Shown here piece after piece: positions 1-12,528 of a DNA stretch of 64,000 nucleotides. The DNA is taken from assembly GCA_002269645.1 (NCBI GenBank), contig NIVC01001409.1, forward strand, positions 62,001 to 126,000. The letters are read 5' to 3'. Below the pieces are notes generated by a model. That model searched no databases, had not been told where the DNA came from, and saw only the letters and a list, made by a program, of their open reading frames with translations. The translations under genes were made by a program, and so were the position numbers. The number at the start of each line of letters is the position of its first letter. Position 1 is the first letter of the stretch. The DNA is from Macrostomum lignano (Eukaryota).

Positions 1-1278
1 CATGATCCCATATCCCAGTGACATGATCACAGATCCCAGTGGCATGATCACAGATCCCAGTGGCATGATCACAGATCCCAGTGACATGATCACAGATCCC
101 AGTTGCATGATCACAGATCCCAGTGGCATGCTCACAGATCGGAGTGGCATGATCCCAGATCCCAGTGGCATGATCACAGATCCCAGTGACATGATCCTAT
201 ATCTCAGTGACATGATCCCATATCCCAGTGGCATGATCACAGATCCCAGTGACATGATCACAGATCCCAGTGACATGATCACAGATCCCAGTGGCATGAT
301 CACAGATCGCAGTGGCATGATCCCAGATCCCAGTGACATGATCACAGATCCCAGTGACATGATCACAGATCCCAGTGGCATGATCACAGATCCCAGTGAC
401 ATGATCACAGATCCCAGTGGCATGATCACAGATCGCAGTGGCATGATCACAGATCCCAGTGACATGATCACAGATCCCAGTGGCATGATCACAGATCGCA
501 GTGGCATGATCACAGATCCCAGTGACATGATCACAGATTCCAGTGACATGATCACAGATCCCAGTGGCATGATCCCAGATCCGAGTGGCATGATCCTATA
601 TCTTAGTGACATGATCCCAGATCCCAGTGGCATGATCACAGATCCCAGTGGCATGATCCCATAACCCAGTGGCATGATCACAGATCCCAGTGACATGATC
701 CTAGATCCCAGTGGCATAATACCATATCCCAGTAGCATGTTCACAGATCCCAGTGGCATGATCACAGATCCCAGTGGCATGATCCCATATCCCAGTGACA
801 TGATCCTAGATCCCAGTGGCATGATCCCATATCCCAGTGACATGATCCTAGATCCCAGTGGCATGATCCCATATCCCAGTGACATGATCACAGATCCCAG
901 TGACATGATCCTATATCCCAGTGACATGATCCTAGATCCCAGTGGCATGATACCATATCCCAGTAGCATGTTCACAGATCCCAGTGGCATGATCACAGAT
1001 CCCAGTGGCATGATCCCATATCCCAGTGACATGATCCTAGATCCCAGTGGCATGATCCCATATCCCAGTGACATGATCCTAGATCCCAGTGGCATGATCC
1101 CATATCCCAGTGACATGATCCTAGATCCCAGTGGCATGATACCATATCCCAGTAGCATGTTCACAGATCCCAGTGGCATGATCACAGATCCCAGTGGCAT
1201 GATCCCATATCCCAGTGACATGATCCTAGATCCCAGTGGCATGATCCCATATCCCAGTGGCATGATCCCAGATCCCAG
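1..1278. repeat. 21-bp minisatellite (CATGATCACAGATCCCAGTGG), about 60 copies, runs off the window start
   Basis: Direct periodicity; translates as MITDPSG repeats in the ORF track. Ends at a ...CCCAG possible acceptor, so probably intronic. Confidence 0.95.
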
Positions 1279-1366
1279 ATGCGTGCACACTTGTGTCGAG
1301 AAAAAGCGAACTCATGAATCGCAACTAAAAAATCTGTTGTCTGAGAAGCTGACCGCACAGCTGTAG
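1279..1366 (+). CDS. Possible terminal coding exon of a gene starting left of the window (..CVHTCVEKKRTHESQLKNLLSEKLTAQL*)
   Basis: Unique sequence begins right after the repeat's final CAG (1276-1278); one frame stays open to TAG at 1364-1366. No homology recognised and the strand is not certain. Confidence 0.3.
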
Positions 1367-1964
1367 CTTCATCCCAGCAGCTCCACACGGCAGCGGCGGG
1401 GCTGGCCGCGCTGGTGCAGACAGAAACTAAAAAATTCAGAATATCTTTGAAGCCCGGGCTTTCAATTTCAGTGAAGTCCCGGCCAATATTGAATTACCGG
1501 ACAAGTTCGTTACCAACCTGAGGGTCTAATGTCATTATTGGCCTCGGGCTCTAATTCTGCACTCAAGCTCAACCGTAATTCAATAAGAGCAAGTTGGCAT
1601 GAATCGCCCCCCAGCTGACTACGGAGCGGAGGCCAAACACGGCCGTGGCGTGCAGGAATTAAATCAAATAGGACACTTGAGGCCGATGGCGATCCCAGTG
1701 AGCCCCAGGATTTCAGCTTTCGAGAGCTGCTGCAATCTATTTTAACAAATCGACTATTTTATTACTAGATTAGTTCCACTTTGTAATTGGATGACCAGGA
1801 GCCGAGGGGAAGCGGATTTATCAACGCCAAGGGATCATGGGACAAAATTTCGTGATGAAAAGTTTTCATCAGACCAAATTAATATTTTTCGTTTATTGTG
1901 TAAACAATGCAGTTCTCCGACTTCCCAAATCCCAAAAAATTATGGGATCTCACTGATGTCAAAG

Positions 1965-2420
1965 GATTGTGGGATTTCCCTGGTCTCAAAAGATTATGGG
2001 ATTCTCCGATCCCAAAGGATCATAGAGTTTCCCCAATCTCAAAGGATTATGGGATTTCCCCAATCCCAAAGGACTATGGGATTTCCCCAATCCCAAAGGA
2101 TTATGGGATTTCCCCAATCCCAAAGGATTATGGGATTTCCCCAATCCCAAATGGGATTTCCCCAATCCCAAATGAGATTTCCCCAATCCCAAAGGATTAT
2201 GGGACGTCCCTAATGCCAAAGGATTATGGGATGTTCCTAATACCAAAGGATTATGGGATTCACCGATCTCAAAGGATTATGGGATTCACCGATCTCATAG
2301 GATTATGGGGTTTCACTAATCCCAAAGGATTATGGGATTTCCCCAATCCCAAAATATTATAGGATTTCCCCAATCCCAAAGGATTATGGGATTTCCCCAA
2401 TCCCAAAGGATTATGAAGTC
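1965..2420. repeat. 27-bp minisatellite (GGATTATGGGATTTCCCCAATCCCAAA) with degenerate copies
   Basis: Visible tandem units (PIPKDYGIS in translation); the unit contains an internal GGGATT/AATCCC inverted motif. Confidence 0.9.
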
Positions 2421-3024
2421 TCCCATCCTAAATGATTGTGGGATTTCCATTATTTCAAAGGACCAGCGCATGTCAAATAAAAAGGCAGCGTTAATGAAAT
2501 CAGTCAGTTCCAATTATGGCGGGTGCAATATACAATCAGTTTACCGGGGCCACAATAGCATTGTATTTTTATAATAACGGCGTGTACTCTAAAACTTTAC
2601 TGTTAAACAAAGTGGGCTCACGCAGGGAATCTTTCAGATGTATTTTCTAAAATACTTGAATAAAATACTTGAACAAAATACAAAAAAAAGTTAAACCCAT
2701 CGAATTAACTGGATAAAGAGAGAAAGTACGTTTAGTACTTGCACGGAAGGCTGAAAGCTCTGCAACAGAAACACACAAGGACCAGCAGGATCGGACGACA
2801 ATTTGTTGTTTCTTAGAAAAGTTTTGAAGGCTCAAGTTGCTTGAGAAATATGCTACAAAAGCCGGACTACGGGCTTGTGCCGTCCATCTAATTCTAGTGG
2901 TCCTTGAAAAATACAAGCAGATGTCACTGGCCATTGCTAGCTAAAGAAGCACGAAGCGCGTATGCGCATGCCGGTTACGTTAAGCTTCTGCTACTGTTAG
3001 TAGCGCGCGCAAGAAGTGGACAAT

Positions 3025-3790
3025 ATCCATGGATAGGTTAGACACTTGGACATTACTGTTATCCATGGATAGATTAGACACTTGGACATTACTGGTACCC
3101 ATGGATAGATTAGACACTTGGACATTACTGGTATCCATGGATAGATTAGACACTTGGACATTACTGGTATCCATGGATAGATTAGACACTTGGACATTAC
3201 TGTTATCCATGGATAGATTAGACACTTGGACATTACTGGTATCCATGGATAGATTAGACACTTGGACATTACTGTTATCCATGGATAGATTAGACACTTG
3301 GACATTACTGGTACCCATGGATAGATTAGACACTTGGACATTACTGGTATCCATGGATAGATTAGACACTTGGACATTACTGGTATCCATGGATAGATTA
3401 GACACTTGGACATTACTGTTATCCATGGATAGATTAGACACTTGGACATTACTGGTATCCATGGATAGATTAGACACTTGGACATTACTGGTATCCATGG
3501 ATAGATTAGACACTTGGATATTACTGGTATCCATGGATAGATTAGACACATGGACATTACTGGTATCCATGGATAGATTAGACACTTGGATATTACTGGT
3601 ATCCATGGATAGATTAGACACTTTGAAATTGCGGGTATCCATGGACATTTCAGAGATTTGGACATTACTGGTATCCATGGAAATTTTAGAGACTTGGACA
3701 TTGCGGGCATCCATGGACAGGTTAGACATATAGACATTACCGACTACCGGTATCCAACGAAAGTTTAGACACCGGACATAATGGACACAT
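3025..3790. repeat. 36-bp minisatellite (ATCCATGGATAGATTAGACACTTGGACATTACTGGT), about 20 copies
   Basis: Direct periodicity; explains ORFs 2980..3729, 2997..3737 and 3029..3733. Lies just downstream of the OPA1 stop. Confidence 0.95.
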
Positions 3791-3909
3791 GGACATCACC
3801 AAAATCAGTACATCACGAACACAAACGCTGCAAACGCCAGCACATTTCTGTTGCCTGGACAAATCGGACAATTCACGGATGTCACGGACATTCTGACGCT
3901 GCTGCGTCA

Positions 3910-6900
3910 TCACAGCGATGTTTTACGACGCCGGGACTTGGAGAAAGCGAATCCTTCGTTGCCGCCGCCGGTGTCAGCGAAAGTGCCGCCGCTCCGGTCG
4001 CCCTCGATGGCGTCGTCGGCCGAGTTGAGCGCCTCGATGAAGCGGTCCAGCTTCTCCTCGGCCAGGCGCAGGCTGTGGATGTCCTCGGCCAGCTGGACAC
4101 TGCGGCCGCGCAGCGACTCCCGTAGCCGGCCGGGCTCCGCCGCCAGGCCAGTGAGGGCGTCGCCGACGGCCCGCTCAAGTCGGCGCGCCTCGATGTTGAC
4201 GGCCTGCTGGCGCAGCGCCGAGCAGGTGGCGTTGAGCATGCGGCCGACCCGGTGGAAATACGGCACCGCGGCGCAGGCGGCGGCGGTGGACAGGCGCTGC
4301 TGATAGTGGTAGAACATCCTGGCGCACTGGTCGCAGTTGGCCAGCCCGGCCCGCAGAGCCATCTGGCGACGGACCAGCGGCCAGGCCTCGCGCAGCTCCT
4401 CGTCTGTGACCGCGGCGCCGGCTGCCTCGCCGGGGCTTCTATGGCTGGCGAAGGAGCGCCTGGCGGCAGCGAGGTCAGCAGCCGACAGACTCGCAGACGG
4501 AATGCCGGCTGTCAGGGGAGTGGGCGGGGAGATTGGAATACTCAAGGAGGACAGATTGAATGGGAATTAGGAACACAGTTGCAACTTAAAGGGGATTAGA
4601 AAAGTCACAGTGACAGGGGATCAGGACAGTCACAGTGACAGGGGATCAGGACAGTCACAGGGGATCAGGACAGTCACAGGGGATCAGGACAGTCACAGGG
4701 GGGTCAGGACAGCCACAGGGGGATCAGGACAGTCACATGGGGATCAGGACAGTCACAGGGGATCAGGACAGTCACAGGGGGGTCAGGACAGCCACAGGGG
4801 ATCAGAACAGTCACAGGGGATCAGGACAGTCACAGGGGGGTCAGGACAGTCACATGGGGATCAGGACAGTCACAGGGGGATCAGGACAGTCACAGGGGGG
4901 TCAGGACGGTCACAGGGGATCAGGACAGTCACATGGGGATCAGGACAGTCACAGGGGGATCAGGACAGTCACAGGGGGATCAGGACAGTCACATGGGGAT
5001 CAGGACAGTCACATGGGGATCAGGACAGTCACAGGGGGATCAGGACAGTCACAGTGGCAGGGGATCAGGACAGTCACAGGGGGATCAGGACAGTCACATG
5101 GGGATCAGGACAGTTACATGGGGATCAGGACAGTCACAGGGGATCAGGACAGTCACAGGGGATCAGGACAGTCACAGTGGCAGGGGATCAGGACAGTCAC
5201 AGGGGATCAGGACAGTCACAGGGGATCAGGACAGTCACAGGGGATCAGGACAGTCACAGGGGATCAGGACAGTCACAGGGGATCAGGACAGTCACAGGTA
5301 ATCTCACCTGAGCCAGCCGCAGTCCGCAGCGCCTGCACCAGCCTGCTCAGCCGGTCCTGCTCAGGCGTGGGCGCCTTCAGCCACTTGGCCCAGCGCTGCC
5401 AGCCGGAGGGCCCGCAGACCTGCGCCAGCTCGGCCTCCGTCTCGGCCAGCCGGTGCCGCAGCGCCTGCCTGAGCAGCGCCACCGCCGAGTCCCAGTCGGC
5501 GCGGCCGGGCTCGGCGCCCTGGTCGAGCAGAGCCGCCGACTGCAGCACCCGGAGAGCCGCCTCGGCCTTGGGATCCCAGCGGTGCGCCTGCACGGCCTCG
5601 GCTCGCACGGCGGAGCAGAGCGGCTCCAGCACGGGGTCGCCGCCGGCACCTGCGGGCAGGTCGGCGAACTGCTGGTACAGCACGGAGCGGCCCGCGGTCA
5701 CGCACTGGCCGGGCAGGTCCGACTCCACCCAGCGGCGCAGGCCGATGTCAAGCCGAGTCTGCAGCAGCTCCGGCCTGGCCTCTGGCGCTGAATTGGCCGA
5801 CTCAGCCTCCAGTAGAAGGTCCAGGGCCTGCGACAGCAGCGGACCGGAGAGGCTGTCGCGAAATGCCGCCTCCCAGCGCTGAGGGAGGGCCGGGTGGTGG
5901 AGGACTGCTGAAGTACTTCCGCTTTCACCATGGATAGATGCTGCAATCCGCCCCCCTCCCCGATAGAGGCTGCCATCCGCCCCCGATCGAGGCTGCCATC
6001 CGCCCCCGATCGAGGCTGCCATCCGCCCCCGATCGAGGCTGCCATCCGCCCCCGATCGAGGCTGCCATCCGCCCTCCGATCGAGGCTGCCATCCGCCTCC
6101 CGATACACAACACCACTCCCTAAACTCAGCCACCCGCCCACCCCATACTCAGCCACCGCCTTAGCTCACACAGAGCCACCGCCCACCCCGCATTCAGCAA
6201 CCGCCCCAGCCCGCACTCAGCAGCCGCCCCAGCCCGCACTCAGCAACCGCCCCAGCCCACACTGAGCCACCGCCCACCCCGCACTCAGCAACCGCCCCAG
6301 CCCACACTCAGCCACCGCCCACCCCGCACTCAGCAACCACCCAAGCCCGCACTCAGTAACCGCCCCAGCCCACACTCAGCCACCGCCCACCCCGCACTCA
6401 GCAACCGCCCAAGCCCGCACTCAGCAACCGCCCAAGCCCGCACTCAGTAACCGCCCAAGCCCGCACTCAGCAACCGCCCCAGCCCGCACTCGGCAAGCTC
6501 AAGTCCCACCTCAGCCGGCAGAGCGCTCAGTGCGATGACCTCATCCAGCAGGTCCGACCGCGCCTTCTCAAACAGCTCAGCCCTGGAGCACTGCCGCCTG
6601 CCGGGGAAGCTGTGCTTCCACTCCGTCTCCAGGTTAAAGCGAAGCGCCTTCAACGAATCCGCCTGAGCCTCGACCGACTCCCGCACCAGGGCCCAGAATC
6701 GCCTGCTGACGGCGCGGGCCATGTTGGCCGCGGTGACCTGATTGGGCGAGAGGCGGCCATCTTTGAACAGGCGCGAGCTGGCGAAGTACTCGGCTTCGTG
6801 TCGTTCAATTGCTTCAACAGATTCGTCCTGACTGCCCGACCCTGTGACCACGGCGAAGTAGCCCAGAGCCTTCAGCGGCAGGAGGCGGCCTGCCAGCAGC

Positions 6901-9900
6901 TTGGCGACTCGGTCAGGAGACACCTGCGGCAGGATGGGAGAAGAATGGGACGGATGGGTGAGGTAAGAGGGCGGATGGGAGAAATTAGGGGGTGGACAGG
7001 AGATCTCAGGGGCGGACGGGAGATGTCAGGTGCGGATGGTAGATGTCACGTGTGGACGGGAGATGTCAGGTGCGGACGGGAGATGTCAGGTGCGGACGGG
7101 AGATGTCAGGGGCGGATGGGAGATGTCAGGTGCGGGCGGGAGATGTCAGGTGCGGATGGGAGATGTCAGGTGCGGACGGGAGATGTCAGGTGCGGACGGG
7201 AGATGTCAGGGGCGGACGGGAGATGTCAGGTGCGGACGGGAGATATCAGGGGCGGATGGGAGATGTCAGGGGCGGACGGGAGATGTCAGGTGCGGACGGG
7301 AGATATCAGGGGCGGATGGGAGATGTCAGGGGCGGACGGGAGATGTCAGGTGCGGACGGGAGATGTCAAGGGCGGATGGGAGATGTCAGGTGCGGACGGG
7401 AGATGTCAGGTGCGGATGGGAGATGTCAGGTGCGGACGGGAGATGTCAGGTGCGGACGGGAGATGTCAGGGGCGGACGGGAGATGTCAGGTGCGGACGGG
7501 AGATATCAGGGGCGGATGGGAGATGTCAGGGGCGGACGGGAGATGTCAGGTGCGGACGGGAGATGTCAGGGGCGGACGGGAGATGTCAGGTGCGGACGGG
7601 AGATATCAGGGGCGGATGGGAGATGTCAGGGGCGGACGGGAGATGTCAGGTGCGGACGGGAGATGTCAGGTGCGGACGGGAGATGTCAGGGGCGGATGGG
7701 AGATGTCAGGTGCGGATGGGAGATGTCAGTGGCGGACGGGAAATGTCACGTGCGGACGGGAGATATCAGGGAAAAATGGGAGATGTCAGGGGCGGACGGG
7801 AGATGTCAGGTGCGGACGGGAGATGTCAGGGGCGGACGGGAGATGTCAGGTGCGGACGGGAGATATCAGGGGCGGATGGGAGATGTCAGGGGCGGACGGG
7901 AGATGTCAGGTGCGGACGGGAGATGTCAGGTGCGGACGGGAGATGTCAGGGGCGGATGGGAGATGTCAGGTGCGGATGGGAGATGTCAGTGGCGGACGGG
8001 AAATGTCACGTGCGGACGGGAGATATCAGGGAAAAATGGGAGATGTCAGGTGCGGATGGGAGATGTCTGGTGCGGACGGGAGATGTCAGGGACGGATGGG
8101 AGATGTCAGGGGCGGACGGGAGATGTCAGGGGCGGATGTGAGATGTCAGGGGCGGACGGGAGATGTCAGGGGCGAACGGGAGATGTCAGGGGCGGATGGG
8201 AGATGTCAGGGGCGGACGGGAGATGTCAGGGGCGGATGGGAGATGTCAGGGGCGGATGAGATTTTAGAAGGTGTGGATCGGATTATGGAAGGGATCAGAT
8301 GGAAGTAGAGGGCGGCTGTGAGCGAGGAACAAGCCACACCCAGTGCTAACTGCAGCCTCACCTTGTCCCTCTCGGCCAAGTCCATCTTGGTGAGCACAAA
8401 TATGGTTCGCCTGCCGGCGGGGTCGTGCTTGGCCACCAGGTCGAAGGCGTTGGACCGTTCTGGGTCGACGCAGGCGTCGGCCACGCACAGGATGATGGCG
8501 TTGGGGTTGCGCATGTACTGGCGGGCCAGCTGGCGGATGGACTCGCGGGTCTGCGCGGCCATGCCGGCCGTCTCGGTGCTGATGATGCCGGGCAGGTCCA
8601 CCAGCACCATGCGGGGCAGGCCGGGGCCCTGCACCGACAGCGGGATCGCCTCAGTGGAGACAGCGGCATCCGGGCCGGACGAGCGGACAGCGGCGCGCAT
8701 TCGGCGCTCGATGGCGTCGCGCAGGGCGGCCAGCTCGGACTCTTTGGTCAGGTCGAACTCTCTAGGGAGGGTGTTGATGGGTCATAGTGGGTCAGGTCAT
8801 ACCGGAGCCTGCTGGGTCATAGTGGGTCAGGTCATACCGGACCGTGCTTGGTCATAGTGGGTCAGGTCATACCGGAGCCTGCTGGGTCATAGTGGGTCAG
8901 GTCATACCGAAACTGCTGGGTCATAGTGGGTCAGGTCATACCGAAGCCTGCTGGGTCATAGTGGGTCAGGTCATACCGGAGCCTGCTGGGTCATAGTGGG
9001 TCAGGGTTATACCGGACCGTGCTTGGTCATAAAGGGATTGGGTAGGGGTCATAGAGGGTCAGGTCATACGAGACCGGCATGGGGTCATAGTGGGTCAGGT
9101 CATACCAGACCGACACGGGGTCATAGTGAATTAGGTCATACCAGACCGACACGGGGTCATAGTGAATTAGGTCATACCACAAGTTGAAGTCATAAATAAT
9201 GGCGTCATAAACCCTAAATTGATGACGTCATGAAGACATTAAGTCCCTTCCACACCTGTCCGGATCGTCCTTGAATCTGGCCACATGGTAGGGCCCGTCA
9301 GCCAGGGTCACCTGCACCGGCGCCCGCGTCATCATCTCGCCGGCGCCGCGAGGAAACAGCCGAGCCCGGGCCACAGCCTCCAGCACGGAGGTCTTGCCGG
9401 AGCTCTGGTCGCCGATGACCACCACTCGCGGCAGATGATCGGCGGCAGAGAATTTGGCGTCCCGCTCGGACAGGGCGTCCAGCACTTCGCTGTACATGTC
9501 GATCAGGGACTTCCGAGCCGACCGGTAGCCGCGGCCGGGGCCGCCCAGCCGCAGCTCGGCCAGCTGGCGGCGAAGCTCGCGAGCTTCGGCCTCGAGCGAG
9601 GCGGCCTCGCGTTGGTAGCGAATCTCCAGCTCCTCCAGCTGCTGGGCGAGCTCCGTCGGCGCGTCTGCGTCGAGCGCCGCCGCCGAGGACTCGGCGCCTC
9701 CGTCGGCTTTGTTGGAGGCGTCTGCGACGAATGCAAGAAAATATTCTGCGTTGTTTTCACAAAAATTAGCGATAATATCACCAACAGACTACTCATTATA
9801 CTTAAGTAGCAAATTAAGCTTCGTAATATTTAACTTTTTGAACTTACCCGATGGACGCTGGACAAGTGACTTTAAACTGGCAACGGAGTTCTTCAACCAG

Positions 9901-11901
9901 CCCTGCAGAAGACAATTATAGATAAGGAGATTGCGAGTAGTTCATCTGCAATAACTATGATTGTAGTGCGCAGAAACCTGCCAGCAAAGAACTTCAGTAG
10001 GCCAAACTTGATATTTTGGGTCAAGCTGTGATTATAGTAGGTCAATTAGCTCTGATTATAGTGGGTCATGCTTTGATTATAGTAGGTCAATTAGCTCTGA
10101 TTATAGTGGGTCAAGCTTTGATTATAGTAGGTCAATTAGCTCCGATTATAGTGGGTCAAGCTTCTGATTATAGTGGGTCAAGCTGTGATTAAAGTGGGTC
10201 AATTAGCTCAGATTAAAGTAGGTCAAGCTCTGATAATAGTGAGTCAAGCTCTGATTATAGTGGGTCAATCTCTGATTATAGTGGGTCAAGCTTTGATTAT
10301 AGTGGGTCACGCTTTGATTATAGTGGGTCAATCTCTGATTATAGTGGGTCAAGTTCTGATTACAGTGGGTCAATCTCTGATTATAGTGGGTCAAGTTCTG
10401 ATTACAGTGGGTCAAGATTCTATATATAGTGGGTCAAGATTCTGATTATAATGGGTCAAGCTTCTGAATCTCTGATTACAGTGGGTCAAGCTCAGATTAT
10501 AGTGGGTCAAGCTCTGATTATAGTGGGTCACGCTTCGATTATAGTGGGTCAATCTCTGATTATAGTGGGTCAAGCTTTGATTATAGTGGGTCACGCTTTG
10601 ATTATAGTAGGTCAAGCTTTGGTTATAGTAGGTCAAGCTTTGGTTATAGTGGGTCACGCTTTGATTATAGTGGGTCACGATTTGATTATAGTGGGTCAAA
10701 CTGTGATTATAGTGGGTCAAGCTGTGATTATAGTGGGTCAAGCTTTGATTATAGTGGGTCAAGCTCTGATTATAGTGTGTCAAGCGCTTATTATAGTGGG
10801 TCAAGCTTTGATTATAGTGGGTCAAGTTTTTATTATAGTGGGTCACGCTTTGATTATAGTAGGTCAAGCTTTGATTATAGTGGGTCACGCTTTGATTATA
10901 GTGGGTCAAGCTGTGATTATTGTGGGTCAAGCTTTGATTATAGTGGGTCAATCTCTTATTATAGTGGGTCAAGCTTTGATTATAATGGGTCACGTTTTGA
11001 TTATAGTGGGTCAGTCTCTGATTATAGTGGGTCAAGCTTTGATTATAGTGGGTCACGCTTTGATTATAGTGGGTCACGCTTTGATTTTAGTGGGCCAAGC
11101 TGTGATTATAGTGGGTCAAGCTCCGATTATAGTGGTTCAAGTTCTGATATAGTGCGTCAAGCTCTGATTATGGTGGGTCAAGATTCTGATTATAGTGGGT
11201 CAAGCTCTGATTATAGTGGGTCAAGCTGATTACAGCGGGTCAAGATCGAATAACAGTGGGTCAAGTCCTTATCTCAGTGGGTCAGGCTCTAATCACTGTG
11301 GGTCAAGCCCGAATAAGTGGGTCAGGTCCTTATCTCAGTAGGTCAAGTCCTTATCTCAGTGGGTCAAGATCGAATAACAGTGGGTCAAGTCCTTATCTCA
11401 GTGGGTCAGGCTCTAATCACAGGGGCTCAAGCTTAAGAACTCAATAGATTATTTAAAAAACCAATTCATGAGCTCCCTAACCGTCTCGGGAAGCTGAGCG
11501 AACCGACTAAGGCGTTGCAACGCGTGCGCCACCGCGTCGACGGACTCCTCAGCCGGCAGGAAGCCGCGCAGCCGGCCCAGATCCGGCATGCCGGCCTTGA
11601 TCTCCTCGTATTTGTTCGCCGCCGCGATGCCCCCGCTGGCGGTGCCGGCGGCCAACAGCCAGCGCAGCTTCAGCAGGCGGGCGGCGGTGCGGGCGGCCAG
11701 CCGCAGGGCGGAGGAGCCGGCCAGGCCGCGCTGTCCCGGCTGCCTTAGCACTGCCGGCTGCTTCGGCTGACACAGCGGCCGCCTGTTGCCATGGTGATGA
11801 TGATGAAGAAGTCGGCATCTCGAAGATGCTGGAAGCGCGAGAGGCACAGTAGGCGAGTGCAGAAGCCAACGGCGAAGGAGACGGCGAGCTGCCAGACTCA
11901 T
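3910..11901 (-). CDS. OPA1: Dynamin-like mitochondrial inner-membrane fusion GTPase OPA1; 7 exons: 11901-11482, 9902-9848, 9721-9256, 8761-8362, 6923-6510, 5878-5308, 4508-3910 (2925 nt, about 974 aa)
   Basis: All junctions are GT-AG and phase-compatible. Arg-rich presequence plus [11 protein letters not shown] hydrophobic segment; [12 protein letters not shown]; P-loop [16 protein letters not shown]; MTRAP; MVLVDLPG; TIFVLTKMD; FNLETEWK; C-terminal RSVQLAEDI...[10 protein letters not shown]. These match OPA1 as recalled. Confidence 0.96.
4604..5297. repeat. About 19-bp minisatellite (GGGGATCAGGACAGTCACA) in OPA1 intron 6
   Basis: Direct periodicity with a variable G-run; ends about 10 nt from the donor at 5307. 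Confidence 0.95.
5945..6495. repeat. Two adjacent C-rich about 23-bp minisatellites in OPA1 intron 5 (GATCGAGGCTGCCATCCGCCCCC; CAGCAACCGCCCCAGCCCGCACT)
   Basis: Visible tandem units at about 5945-6095 and about 6100-6495. Confidence 0.9.
6990..8260. repeat. 20-bp G-rich minisatellite (GGGAGATGTCAGGTGCGGAC) in OPA1 intron 4, about 63 copies
   Basis: Exact 20-nt periodicity visible in column alignment; source of ORFs 6612..8141, 7030..8259 and 7043..8308. Confidence 0.95.
8779..9180. repeat. 35-bp minisatellite (GGGTCATAGTGGGTCAGGTCATACCGGAGCCTGCT) in OPA1 intron 3
   Basis: Unit starts at 8781 and 8816 etc.; degenerates towards 9180. Confidence 0.9.
10020..11430. repeat. 21-bp minisatellite (CTGATTATAGTGGGTCAAGCT) in OPA1 intron 1, switching to a longer related unit after about 11230
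   Basis: Direct periodicity (IIVGQAL / THYNQSL translations). Confidence 0.95.
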
Positions 11902-11990
11902 GGCATTGGGATTTCAGGCTGGATGGGGAAGAGAAAATGCGCCACTGTCTCATCTGCCTGCTTATAAGTAGTGGAAGCAAAACGCTTTTC

Positions 11991-12528
11991 TGATCCCTAA
12001 TGGGATTCTAATGGCATGGTTGCCACCTGTCACTACTAGATCCCCTAATGGGATTCTAATGAAATGGTTGCCACCTGTCACTACTAGATCCCCTAATGGG
12101 ATTCTAATGGCATGGTTGCCACCTGTCACTACTAGATCCCCTAATGGGATCCTAATTGCATGGTTGCCACCTGTCACTATTAGATCCCCTAATGGGATTC
12201 TAACGGCATGGTTGCCACCTGTCACTACTAGATCCCCTAATGGGATTCTAACGGCATGGTTGCCACCTGTCACTATTAGATCCCCTAATGGGATTCTAAC
12301 GGCATGGTTGCCACCTGTCACTATTAGATCCCCTAATGGGATTCTAACGGCATGGTTGCCACCTGTCACTATTAGATCCCCTAATGGGATCCTAATGGCA
12401 TGGTTGCCACCTGTCACTATTAGATCCCCTAATGGGATTCTAATGGCATGGTTGCCACCTGTCACTATTAGATCCCCTAATGGAATCCTAATGACATGGT
12501 TGCCACCTGTCACTATTCGATCCCCTAA
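11991..12528. repeat. 48-bp minisatellite, about 11 copies; reverse complement of the array at 14184-15980
   Basis: Unit ATCCCCTAATGGGATTCTAATGGCATGGTTGCCACCTGTCACTA(C/T)TAG is the reverse complement of the TTC36 intron unit. Confidence 0.95.

Noticed and set aside
2-1366. 220-aa and 230-aa MITDPSG-repeat ORFs
   Set aside because: Translation of a 21-bp minisatellite whose unit is a multiple of 3 and lacks stops.
2647-2934. 95-aa minus-strand ORF downstream of OPA1
   Set aside because: AT-rich, no recognisable motif and no phase-consistent exon chain; probably UTR or intergenic.
2980-3737. Three overlapping about 240-aa repeat ORFs
   Set aside because: 36-bp tandem repeat open in several frames on both strands.
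4610-8308. Long + strand ORFs (233-509 aa) antisense to OPA1
   Set aside because: Intronic minisatellites plus shadow frames of GC-rich OPA1 exons.
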